From: Elusimicrobiota bacterium
GTDB lineage: Bacteria; Elusimicrobiota; Elusimicrobia; F11
Direction of reading: 5' to 3'
Length of the DNA: 30,483 bases
Assembly (NCBI GenBank): GCA_046153645.1
Contig: JBJXGI010000067.1
Span: forward strand, 1 to 30,483
The position numbers and the translations under genes were made by a program. Shown here in pieces: positions 9,338 to 19,600 of this stretch. How positions within the stretch are numbered: position 1 is the first letter of the stretch; each line of letters begins with the position of its first letter. The notes below the pieces were generated by a model that ran no database searches, had not been told where the DNA came from, and worked only from the letters and a program-made list of their open reading frames with translations.

Positions 9338-9718
9338 TTATTTTTGATTTTGCATTTGGCGTTGTTGTTCCATGAGGCGTTGGTTGAGTTCGTTGGTGCG
9401 GTTGATTTCTTCTAGGGTGCGCAGGCTGCGCTGAACGGCGGCATCGTTTTGGCTCTGATAATTATTGGGGGGAATATAAGGTTGGGGAACGGCGTTTTGG
9501 GGGAGTTTACCTTCCTTTCTCATTTTTTCTAAATCTTCGGCAGTATATGTTGTGACCTGTCTATTTCCATTGATAGGAATGTTCCGGCTGATAGGCATAT
9601 TAAATTGTGCTGCTAGTTGCCGATCTTTAAGAATTTTTTTAAATAAAAAATAGCTGCCAATAGTGAGACTCAAAATAGCAACCGATAAAATTGAGAAGAA
9701 AACAAGTTTTGGTTTCAT
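9338..9718 (-). CDS. Small hypothetical membrane-anchored protein, 126 aa
   Basis: Single N-terminal hydrophobic helix (LVFFSILSVAILSLTIGSYFLF) followed by a basic patch, a P/Q/N-rich linker and a Q/R/E-rich helical tail. It fits the gap between the IR and the repeat element. Confidence 0.7.
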   Translation of the reverse strand: MKPKLVFFSILSVAILSLTIGSYFLFKKILKDRQLAAQFNMPISRNIPINGNRQVTTYTAEDLEKMRKEGKLPQNAVPQPYIPPNNYQSQNDAAVQRSLRTLEEINRTNELNQRLMEQQRQMQNQK

Positions 9719-9870
9719 AAGTTATAAATACATCATTTATTGAAAATTTTCAGTATCTTTTGTAGATCATTTCGATTACAAGTTAGGCTGCTTTTGATTT
9801 TTCAGGTTAACTTTCCTGAAATTCGTAGTCTGATAGCTGCTTAAGTAATAAGCCAATTAATATTAATTTA

Positions 9871-10281
9871 AAAAATTCCTCCCCACAAAGTGGGGAGGTT
9901 GGTGGGGGATAAATGGATTCTTCCTTATAAAAATTTCAATATCGATTCAAGAACACTTTCCGTATTAACGAGAACATGATTATTCCAATTCAATAATTAA
10001 CTTTTTTTCAATACAAACAAAATCAACAATATAGGGCTTAATGACATGCTGCCTACGAAACTTATAATTGTTAAGTTGCTTATTTCTCAAATAATACCAA
10101 AGTAACTTTTCAGCTTTAGATGGGTTTCCTCTTAATGACCGCGCATAGTTGTAAATCATATTTCCTCACTGAATTAAGACATGAGGAGGGGATTTAGAGG
10201 GGAATTTAATTCTAAAATATTTTATAAGGAAAAACCTATTAATCCCCCACCAACCTCCCCACTTTGTGGGGAGGAATTTTT
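9871..10281. mobile_element. ~411-bp element with 62-bp terminal inverted repeats enclosing a DUF559 pseudogene
   Basis: Left arm 9871-9932 and right arm 10220-10281 are reverse complements. The outer 40 bp are identical (AAAAATTCCTCCCCACAAAGTGGGGAGGTTGGTGGGGGAT), with 4 mismatches in the inner 22 bp. Each arm has the hairpin CCTCCCCAC-AAA-GTGGGGAGG. Mobility is inferred. Confidence 0.7.
9925..10159 (-). pseudogene. DUF559 / Vsr-like endonuclease, internally deleted and frameshifted
   Basis: ATG at 10159 with GAGG SD upstream reads MIYNYARSLRGNPSKAEKLLWYYLRNKQLNNYKFRRQHVIKPYIVDFVCIEKKLIIELE* (59 aa, stop 9982-9980), a typical DUF559 N-half. The C-terminal helix WNNHVLVNTESVLESILKFL* lies in another frame (9987-9925). 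The DGxxH...D..R...G..VLRF segment is missing. Confidence 0.9.
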
Positions 10282-10422
10282 AGAAAGGGCTTTATCAAAC
10301 TAAAAATTTTAATTTCCGTTAAAAAAACATATATTTTTTCCCTTTTTTTGTTTTTTCCTAATTCGTTCTGTTAAATCAAGGCGTTTTTTGTGGGAGGGTG
10401 TAGAGACTTTCTATCAATTTTG

Positions 10423-10451
10423 TTGATATTCACTTCTTTTCCATTTATCCT
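10423..10451 (+). promoter_or_regulatory. Candidate sigma70-type promoter upstream of the giant gene
   Basis: TTGATA (10423-10428), 17 nt, TATCCT (10446-10451). The -35 is the right arm of a TATCAA-n5-TTGATA inverted repeat (10412-10428). The AT-rich background lowers specificity. Confidence 0.35.
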
Positions 10452-10540
10452 TCTATCACCTTCGTTAAATTTTAATGCGTTTTTAAGAGGTTGTTAACTT
10501 GCTTAAAGTAGACTGGTGTCACGAAAGGATATTGAGAGTC

Positions 10541-10606
10541 TGTTACAAAGTTGTTACAACAAATTTACAACTTGTTAATGCGTTGTTAAGGGGACCTTTC
10601 TAAAAT
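10541..10606 (+). promoter_or_regulatory. Helically phased direct repeats (possible OmpR/PhoB-type regulator boxes) plus a -10 element
   Basis: TGTTACAA at 10541 and 10552, ATTTACAA at 10563 (11-bp period), TTGTTAA at 10572 and 10583 (11-bp period), and TAAAAT at 10601-10606, 6 nt before the ATG at 10613. Confidence 0.5.
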
Positions 10607-10612
10607 TAGATC

Positions 10613-10693
10613 ATGATGAAAAATAAAAATATTAAAAAACTGAGTGCTATTTTCTTTTCGTTGACTTATTTGCACGTTAATGTTTTGTGGGCC
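10613..10693 (+). other. Predicted Sec signal peptide of the giant protein (about aa 1-27)
   Basis: Basic n-region (MMKNKNIKK), hydrophobic h-region (LSAIFFSLTYL) and probable cleavage after VLWA. Confidence 0.7.
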
Positions 10694-13600
10694 GCTTCAC
10701 CCTCATTGCCCCTTCCTCAAATGGTCAGAGAGTTAGCACTCACTTCATCTAATGATCCCTTAGTTCAACAGGTGAAGCAATCAACTTGGATCCTTTACGC
10801 GTGGAATGGTTTTTCTCAGGCCATCTTAAATAGAATTTATCCATCAAAATATTCTCTTTCCGTTCCCGCACAAGAAATTTTTGTGTTCCATCAAAACGCT
10901 CAAGATTGGTGGATGAAACAACCAAAACAACAAGATGGATCAAGCGTTGATAAAACAGAATTAGGCATTCAAAGAGAAAAACAAGGTGACACTCAAAAAT
11001 TAGATGAAGTTCGTCCCAATGCCAGTGCCATTAATAACCCTCAAACAAGGGAAGCGGCTAAAACATTATTATCGACCCCTGATGCTGTTTTGAGTAACCC
11101 CGGTGTGGGAGCCAAACAAATGTCGGTGGAAGGTTTGGCCGGCGGTGATGTTAAAAATGTGAGTGATGCCCTTAAAAGTAACCCCATCATTAATATCACC
11201 GAAGACAAGACTGGTAAAACAACGTTATTTGTAAAAGGTAAAGAGGGGACTTCTTTTAAAGTAGAACTCACCAAAGGCTCAGATGGCAAAGTAACCGCAA
11301 AATTTACCGTTGAACCAAAAACTGCTGCTAAGCAGGACTCCGCCACTAATCTAACACCAAAAGCGCCCAGCGATTTTAAAGGGATTCAAAATCCTTCTGT
11401 CAAAGATATTGCCAAACAAGCGGATGTTTATCTCCCGAAAATTGGTTTTACAGGAGACATGAAAAACGTTAATCCTGCTTCCATAAAAGTTGAAGGTCAG
11501 TTTAAAGAAACCTCAAAAGGTATTGTTTTTGAAGGTAAAATTTCTTTTCAAACAAAAGATGGCACGAAGCACAGCGTGCAAGTTGATAATAATGGAAAAG
11601 TAACTGAGGCCCTCACTCTTCCTCCTGTTTCTTCGGCCCCCGCAAACCCAAATTTTGCGACACCACAACAAATCAATCAGCTCAAAGAAGACGCGAAAGG
11701 AAAATTGCCGGAACAGGTCAATGATATAGCAGTTAATAAATTGGGAGAAATTGTTCAGTCCAAAGTTGATGCCAAGGTGGCTGGTTTGGAGAATGTTAAA
11801 GCCCCCGATACTTTTAAAGCACTTCTTGCTGAAGCTAAAGCCGTTCAACCTGGGAATGCCAAAGGTAAAATGGAATTGTCGGCCAAAGTTGAAAAGATTA
11901 ATGTGAGCCTCGCCAATATCGGTTTAAGAATTGAAGTTGTTAATGAGGGCCCCAAGGCTCAGTTGGTGGTCCAGAAAATTATTGGTACTGATGAGTTAAA
12001 AAAAAGTTATTCATTAACACCAGCTCATATGAGCGCAATTGATGATGCCAAAACAAAATTAGGAAAACCTGTTGTTTTTGTCGAAAGTATCACTCCTGGT
12101 GTTCAAGGATTAATGGGACTTACTCACGTAATGACGCAAACCAAAACATCTGGTGATGTTATTAATGCTCGTTTTACAGAAGTTCAAAATGTCGTTATCT
12201 ATGTCAGTGAAATTAAAGGTAATACAGACAAAGTAAAAGATGGTGGGCGCTCTGGTTCATCGGAACCTTTAACCACCATGCTTGCTCGAACAAAATTTCC
12301 TGTTCAATTAGATAACTTAAGTACGGGCGATATGATTGTGGCTACTGTTGCCCATGAAGTGTTAGGTCATGCGGCTCTTTCCACGACGGCTCCAGCTCGT
12401 TTTACAGAACTGAAATTTGATTTGAGCGGCGAAAAACAAAACCAAGCCAAAAATATTGACGAAGGTTTCGCGCATTTTCAACAGGTGTTGACAGGCTCTC
12501 CCCTTAGTGTGATGGCCAATCTCCATTCTCTCTATGAGAATGAAAACACAAAAGACGTTGCCACCTTGGGAACTATTGGAATGGAGCATAAACAGGGTTC
12601 AACAATGGTAATGGGAACTCTCTATAAACAATATTCAGAAAAAACCGGTGATAAAAGCCCGACCTATCAAAAACTAAGTTCTTACTTAAGTAATCTTGTA
12701 AAAGACAATAAAGTCAGTGATTTTAACGCTTTTTTTAAAGAAGCCGCTCAAGGCTATTCTCAAGAACATTTAAAGGTTGATTTGGCCAGTGTGGTTCCCA
12801 AAGCGCAAGCTATTACCCCAACGAATTTGACTCCTGTTGTTGATAACGGCCCGGCAAAGGTATTGCCAAATGCCGATAACATTCAGAATCCGAAAATTCG
12901 AGATGCTGTCAATGTTCTTATGAAAAACCCCGAAAATCTTTTTACTAAGCCCAATATTAAAGTTGAAGGTATAAAACCTAACGATAAAGCAGCGTTAGAA
13001 GCCGTTAAAAACCCACAAGATATTCAGATCTTGGAGGATAAAAAAACTGGAGATGTAACCCTTTCTGTTGTGGGCAAAAATGGGATTACAGCCCAAGTCG
13101 AAATTTCGGCAACGCCCAGAGGGCAAGTGATCGCCCGATTTGCCAATGTTGAACAGAAAACTGAAGATAAAGTCGACATGAGTGCAAAAGTATCTGGAAA
13201 CTTTAAAGGAATCAAAGACCCTTCATTAGACGGTTTTAGGAAAAATGCCAAAGAATACCTACCCAAAATTGGTTTTTCAGGCGATATCACAAATATTGAT
13301 CGCACCTCTATAAAGGTAGACGGGAAATTTGTCCAGACCGATAAAGGCCTTCAGTTCGTTGGAAAAGTTGAATTTAAAGCTATTAACGGAATTAAATACA
13401 ACATCACTTCCGACCAAAAAGGAAATATTAAAGAAGAAAAAGAATCAACACGAGCTGGTGTTACTCAAGAAAATACAAGAAACGCGGGCGGATTTATTGT
13501 TGCTCAAACTTTATTTCGCCAAGGTGATAAAGAAACTCGCGTTAATGGAGAGTTAAAAAACTTTAAAGCAAACACACAGGCCATCACGAGGCAAGTTTTT

Positions 13601-16600
13601 ATTCAAAGCGGAGAGGGAAAAGGCGAAGCAGCACCAAAACCAGCTATCAAGCTTGAAGGTGCCATAGGTGAATACGTGATTCGTGAACGCGGATTGGATA
13701 CCACGTTCAAAATGCAAAACAATAAAGTCGTTGCTATGAATATTGTGAATAATGAAACAGGCCAAGTTGTTGCCCAAAACAATCATGGCGTGATGCAGCG
13801 AATAAATGGAGTTGAAGCCAAAGAAGGCGGCATTGAAAAAAGATTTGTTGTTGTGTCAGGCCCTATTTTTGATTCTAAAACCGGAGCTTCCCAAGTTCGT
13901 ACGGTAAGTTTTCATGATCAAGGTGAGACGCGAACGGTTGAGGAGAATAACAACAAACAAAACAACGGGGGGAATAATTCGTCTGAAAGCCCCTTCCCCG
14001 CCAATGAAAATTTAAATCACGTCGATGTGGGTGTGCGCGTTCTTGTTCATAAAGAAAAAGACGGAAAAGTTTTGGTTCAAAAAAAAGCGGATGAAGATGG
14101 CGCTTCTATGGCCGGCATGATGAGTTTAGCGGGGAATACCTCTCAGGTGGTATCAACCAACAGAGAACGAGTGAGTGTGTATGTTCAAAATAATGAAGGT
14201 GTATTTATCCATGTTGCAAAAACTTTTGATCAACTCAGCATTGTAAGAACCGCTAAAGACGGAAAAGATGTCACCCCTCAAAAACTAAGTTCAGGCGGAG
14301 TTCAAATGCCAAACAAAGCCAATTCCTTTTTAGCGGTTCTCCTCCCTCAAAATATTTCCGCTCAGCAAAAACAAAAGTTAGCAGATATTAATATTATTGC
14401 GCATTCGCCTTTCCCCATTCAGGGCGCTATTGACGCTGTTGGAACCATAAAAATTCAAGATGGAAAAATGGCAGAAGCCGATGTCAAAATTACCATGCCC
14501 GGGAATAAAAAGGTCAATTGGCAGGAGTCAGAAAAAATATCTCAATTAGAAATATCAGATGGGATAACCAACATTAGAGAAACATTTATTGAAGCCAAGC
14601 CTGGGCAAACATATGAATTAGATCGTGCAGGAAACTTTTTACCACGAGCGGGATCCTCCTCTCATCTTGATGGCATAAAAGTGACGGGTCCCGATGGATC
14701 TGTGGTTCAGTTATCGCTGTCAAAAGATGGAAAGAAGATGGAGGTGATTGTTACCCCTTCTCTTTCTCCTGTTAAAGTAGCAGGACGCGATTTGGCTTTA
14801 AATTTAACGGGAGCTGTTTTTCAAGATGGAAAAATTTGGCGGCAACTGGCCAAGCCTGAGAGCTTTCGTGAACATGACGCCTATGTTAAAGACACCCTTA
14901 TTTCAAAAGCCAATTTTGATGTGCACTATGTTTCTGTGTCTCCCATGGGGCAAACTCTTTTATCTGCTGATATCAAGTTAGACCGTCCCATCACCCTTCC
15001 TAATAATTCTCCAGAAGCGGCCGCCGCCGGGGGGCAAGGAAATCAAGGCGGTACTAAATTAATGGGGTCGTCCACTCCTGGGGCAACGTCTTTTGGATTT
15101 CAGGCTCAAACGATTAATGGTCAATCCGTTTATACACCAACAAAAGGGGCAGAATCGCGCATTGCAGCCATTATTGCTGTCAAAACAGACCCTGATACAT
15201 ATAGTGAAGTTAAAGGTGAAAATGGAAAAACCGCTTTTACAGCGCAACTAAACTTATTCGCAGAAGGATCCAGCAAAATTTCTGTGGGAGCCGGTGGTTT
15301 TGAACACGCCAAGCATAAATTAGATGAAGGTCTTGAAATTAATGTGAACGATTTAGGTGAACTTAACATTGCTTCTTCTGATAAACCTGGGCTTCAAATA
15401 ACTTCTTTGAATGATAAATCCACTTTTATTTTTGACGCTAACTCTAGCGCACGGTTTGATCAAAATTTGAACATTCGTTCAAAGGGCGTTGACAAAGGAA
15501 CCATTACATTTCAATCAGCCAAAGAGCTTTTTATCCCTCAAAATTTGGCGGATCAATTGAAAGGGCTTAAAGCCGATGTGAAACAAGTGCGAATTGAGGA
15601 AATGAAAGCCGGTCAGCAAACAAAAACAATTCAAGAAGGAAAAGTGGAATGGAAAAATGATTCAGGCAGAGATTTATCTTTTAACACCAAAGAAATTTTG
15701 GGCGCTGATGGAACCGTCACCATAAAAAAAGGAAGCGAGTTTAATTCATCGGAAGCTTCTTTAAAAATTATTGCCGTAGGAGGCATTACTTTTCATGGAA
15801 AAAAAGGTCAAGTTGAAGTAACAGGGCCTTCCACCGTTAATGCTTCAATGGTCCCAGAAGGGCTTGAAGTAAAAGTTGTTAAACCTTTTCAGCGCGTTAT
15901 GAATCAAAATGGTGAAAAAGTAACCGCGCCCGAGTATCAATTTAGCGCCAAACAAGGAGGCGACGCCGCCTTTGTTGGAAAAGTGAACGCGGATGGAAGC
16001 GGCCACGCCATTTCTAAAGACGCTGTTTTTACAACCAATTCATTAGATCCCACCACGTGGCACAACTCGATGAAAAGAGAAAAGGGAACAATTCAAGTAT
16101 TTGGTCCCAGTGCCGGAGAACAAACAAAGGTCACTTTAGCCGAAGGAATCACCAAACAAACCGTTCAGCAATATCATTTTGAATATACCGCTTCTTCCAA
16201 ACAACCCACGGTTTCCAAACTTCAAATTGATGAAATCGATGGTGAAAAAGGAAAAGAACTAAAAGTATCTCAAATGCCAGGGGCCGTGGAAGGTCTTGGT
16301 AATAAAGATTTTACAGGAACGCTTAAATTTCAAACGGACGCTAAATTAACGCTGATTGATGGTCATCTTCGATTATCCACCACCGCCAAAGAAGGCGCTC
16401 AAGTATTAGTAGAACTAGATCAACCGCGCAATTTAAGCCATAACAATAACCCTCAATCACAAGCGAAAGAGAATTTGACTATTCAGCTCACCAAAGGAGA
16501 GAGAAATACCCAAATCCGAACGGATGATAAAACGATTGTAGGTGACAATGGAAACCTTGTTTCAGAACAAAGACGCACTATTAAAACAGAATTAGTCAAA

Positions 16601-19600
16601 GAAGAAAATATTATTGCAGATGCTTTTATTGTGGCTAATCCGTCACTTGTAGAAAAAAATGGAAAAGTCATTTCAGAAATGTCTTATAGCAATAAAAGAG
16701 ATTCCAATGGTTTCATTCGCCACAGCAACAGAACAGAAGTGATCAATAAAGGTCAGACCGATCAAGAGGTGTCCATCACTGAAACATTGGGAGATAGTAA
16801 ACTCTACAAGGAAACCAATGGCGGCAAATGGAGAGGCAACCAAATTTTCCTCTCCGAAACAAAAATTACAGGGATAGGAAAATCCGCTGAAAAAACCTCT
16901 CAAATTTTTATTCGAAATGTAGATTCTTTGCGTGTATACGACAAAATTGCATCAGTAGGCAAAGATATCTTCCAGATCGCTCAGCCCGCAGGTGGTACCC
17001 CAAGAGATTCTATATTCGGTGAAATATCAAAAGAAGCCATTACTCAAGATCATGTTGTGATGTACGCACCCATGATTAAATATTTCAAAACTTTAGCCAA
17101 AAATAACGCTTCTGTTAAATTGGATGGGGTTCAATACCATATTAAAGATGCCTCGTTTATTGCTTCAGCCGAGTCACTCGCAAAATTTAAAAATGAGGAT
17201 AAAATTTCTCTTTTGACTCCTGATGGTTCAACAGTAGAAGGAACCATTTCAAATAAAGAGCAAGACCGAAAAAGCACAAAGGTTGATGTTTTATTTGATC
17301 GAAAAATTGATCAATTTGCTTCTTCGTCTGATTCCGCTCAAGGGCGCGTTTTTCAAACAGGTTTCCGCTTTGTTCAAGAGCAAAAAGTTTATTCTCAATC
17401 CAATGCGTTTTTCTTAGGTCAAGTAAAAACCGATTCCGGTGAAAATGTTGAATTTAAAAAATCGGGCGCTGGTATTGAATTTACTTCTCCCGGGCAATTT
17501 CAACTTTTAGGCAATACCGTTAAGGCAGAACCTTCGGCGGATGGTCAGTCGCAAAAAATAAGCACTGTTTTAAGCGAAAGTAATTTAGGAAAAACGGCTA
17601 TTGCCTTTACCAACCAAGATTCTATTAAAGGAACTGTTTTTCATATTCCAGAACGAACAGTGACCATTGAAACAGGATCCCCCGAATCTAAAATTCAAAT
17701 TTCTGGAAAAGACGCCCAAGGTAAATATATTTTAGGGCTCCAAATTGATGCTCCCAGTGATTCCGATAAAAGAAATTATTTTGTTTTAACTTCTGAACAA
17801 TCGCAATCAACCAACGGGTCTTCATTTGTGATTGAAACAGGCACTCAACTTCGTGAGAATAGTAATGGAGCCGTACAAATTTTAAGCGGTTCTTTGCGCG
17901 TCAATGAAGGAAGTTTTTTAAATGTGGGAAAAGCGTTCTCACGTGAAGAAAAAGGAAATGTGGGAATTTATAAACCCGAAGGCGGAGCAGGTGGCATTTC
18001 CAAAGCGGAAATGGTTCGCTACGAAATTAAAGATGGCCAGATGCTCATGAAAGAAGGGCGCGTGTATGTTTATTCCGATAAAAATGTCGAAGAGCCCACC
18101 AAAGCAGGGTTTTTGGCCGGAACCATTTTTGACGATCTCGACATGAGTGGAGGCGGGGATAAAGGTTTCCGTAAATTCCGAGTTTTAAATGATGATGTAA
18201 GTTTTGATTACGCGGTTATTTTAGGAGGCCAGCGCGATCCTCAAAGAGAAGAATCCGCATCGACTCGTTACGACGAGTATGAAGTTGGACAGTTAAACAA
18301 TCGGTTGCAAGAAAAAGGAAAAGGCTGGAACCCAGACCGCAGTGATTTTGTCGTTAAAAAAGAGGGAGACGGGGATGTTAAATTCCTTTGGGAAGGAACC
18401 GACAAAAAATCAAAAATGAAATTAGTGGAAGCAGAAAAATCTGAATCGGTTACCATTGTTTTATTCTCTTCTAATCTTTTCCGTTTAGGAACCCGAACCA
18501 CATCATTTGAAGAAAAATATTGGCTTACCATGGACCAGAAAACCTGGAATCTTGAAGGCGGAAACTTCACCTATTTTAATCCTGATCCTAAATGGACATT
18601 TTCTCTTGATGAAAATAAAAAAATTCAAGGGTCTTTCTTTGAACGATCAGATATTTATGTGAGAGGACTTTCTAGTTTTGGAAGAGCAGTGGCAATAAAA
18701 AGTGGTGAAACCAGAGCTTCTGATTATTCATCTATTTTAACTTTGAAGATATTTTCAGGAAAAGTTTTAGATCGCCCTGTCCAAATGAATACCTACAACC
18801 TTTCTAAATACATGTCAGGTAACCCGAGTAGTCTTATCAGTGTCGCTGTTTGGAACCCCAATGCATTGGGAGTAGGAAAAGGCCGTTATATGGGAAGCGG
18901 TACTGAGACAGATGATAAACGAATTGTTTATGGTGGGTTTGCAACAGTGAAAGATTTGAAACCTATCACGGGTATTCTTGTGGGAGCCATTGCTTTGACC
19001 ACGGCTCTGGTAACCGGAGGTGGAAGTTTAGCGGTGGGAATTAGTGCGTTAAGCGGTTTCTTCTCTGGTACCTCTGCTTATCAGGGGTTTTTGGCGGGTA
19101 GTGACGGCATGGGAATTACAATGCTTGTTTTGGGAATTGTTCCCGGTGTCATTTCTGTTATTGGAAAATATTTTAGTTCGGCAGCCGCTACCGCAGGGGG
19201 CACTGCTCTTCGAACATCAACTTCTTTTCTCGGTAAAAGCTCTCTGAACAGTGCATTTGTTGTTCCTTTAGTGAAATATGGATATAAAGAAACGGCGAAA
19301 ACTCTTCTTAAAGTAAGTTCCGCCACGGGTCAAGTTTTAGGGGGCGGGCTTCAATTCCTGATTCGTAAGGTGGCGGCCACTCAGGTTCAAAAGGCGTGGG
19401 ATGCTTATAAAAAAGAAGGTGAATTGAATTCGAAAGTATGGAAAGAGGCTGCTGTTGCGCTTCTTTACATCGCCAGCAGCGAAATTAAAGTAGCCATGCA
19501 ATTGCTAGGGGGAATGTCAAGAATTCCAGGTTTTGCCAAAACAGCAGATACAATTGGAAAATTTTCTAACCTTTCAACGGGAACTCAACTTTTAGTTGTT

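Noticed and set aside
9980..10010. Programmed frameshift restoring DUF559
   Set aside because: An A7 run is nearby on the minus strand, but the catalytic DGxxH segment is absent in all frames, so frameshifting would not give an active enzyme.
5775..10281. CRISPR array or classical IS interpretation of the hairpin repeats
   Set aside because: Copies are inverted and dispersed, with no regular repeat-spacer pattern, no cas genes and no DDE or HUH transposase in the window.
9869..10282. TA target-site duplication around the DUF559 element
   Set aside because: TA occurs at both flanks (9869-9870 and 10281-10282), but the ends lie in A/T runs, so the boundary is ambiguous and chance is likely.
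13440..18960. RTX, RHS/YD or haemagglutinin repeats in the giant protein
   Set aside because: No GGxGxDxL nonamers, YD repeats or DPxG core motif were found on reading the translation.
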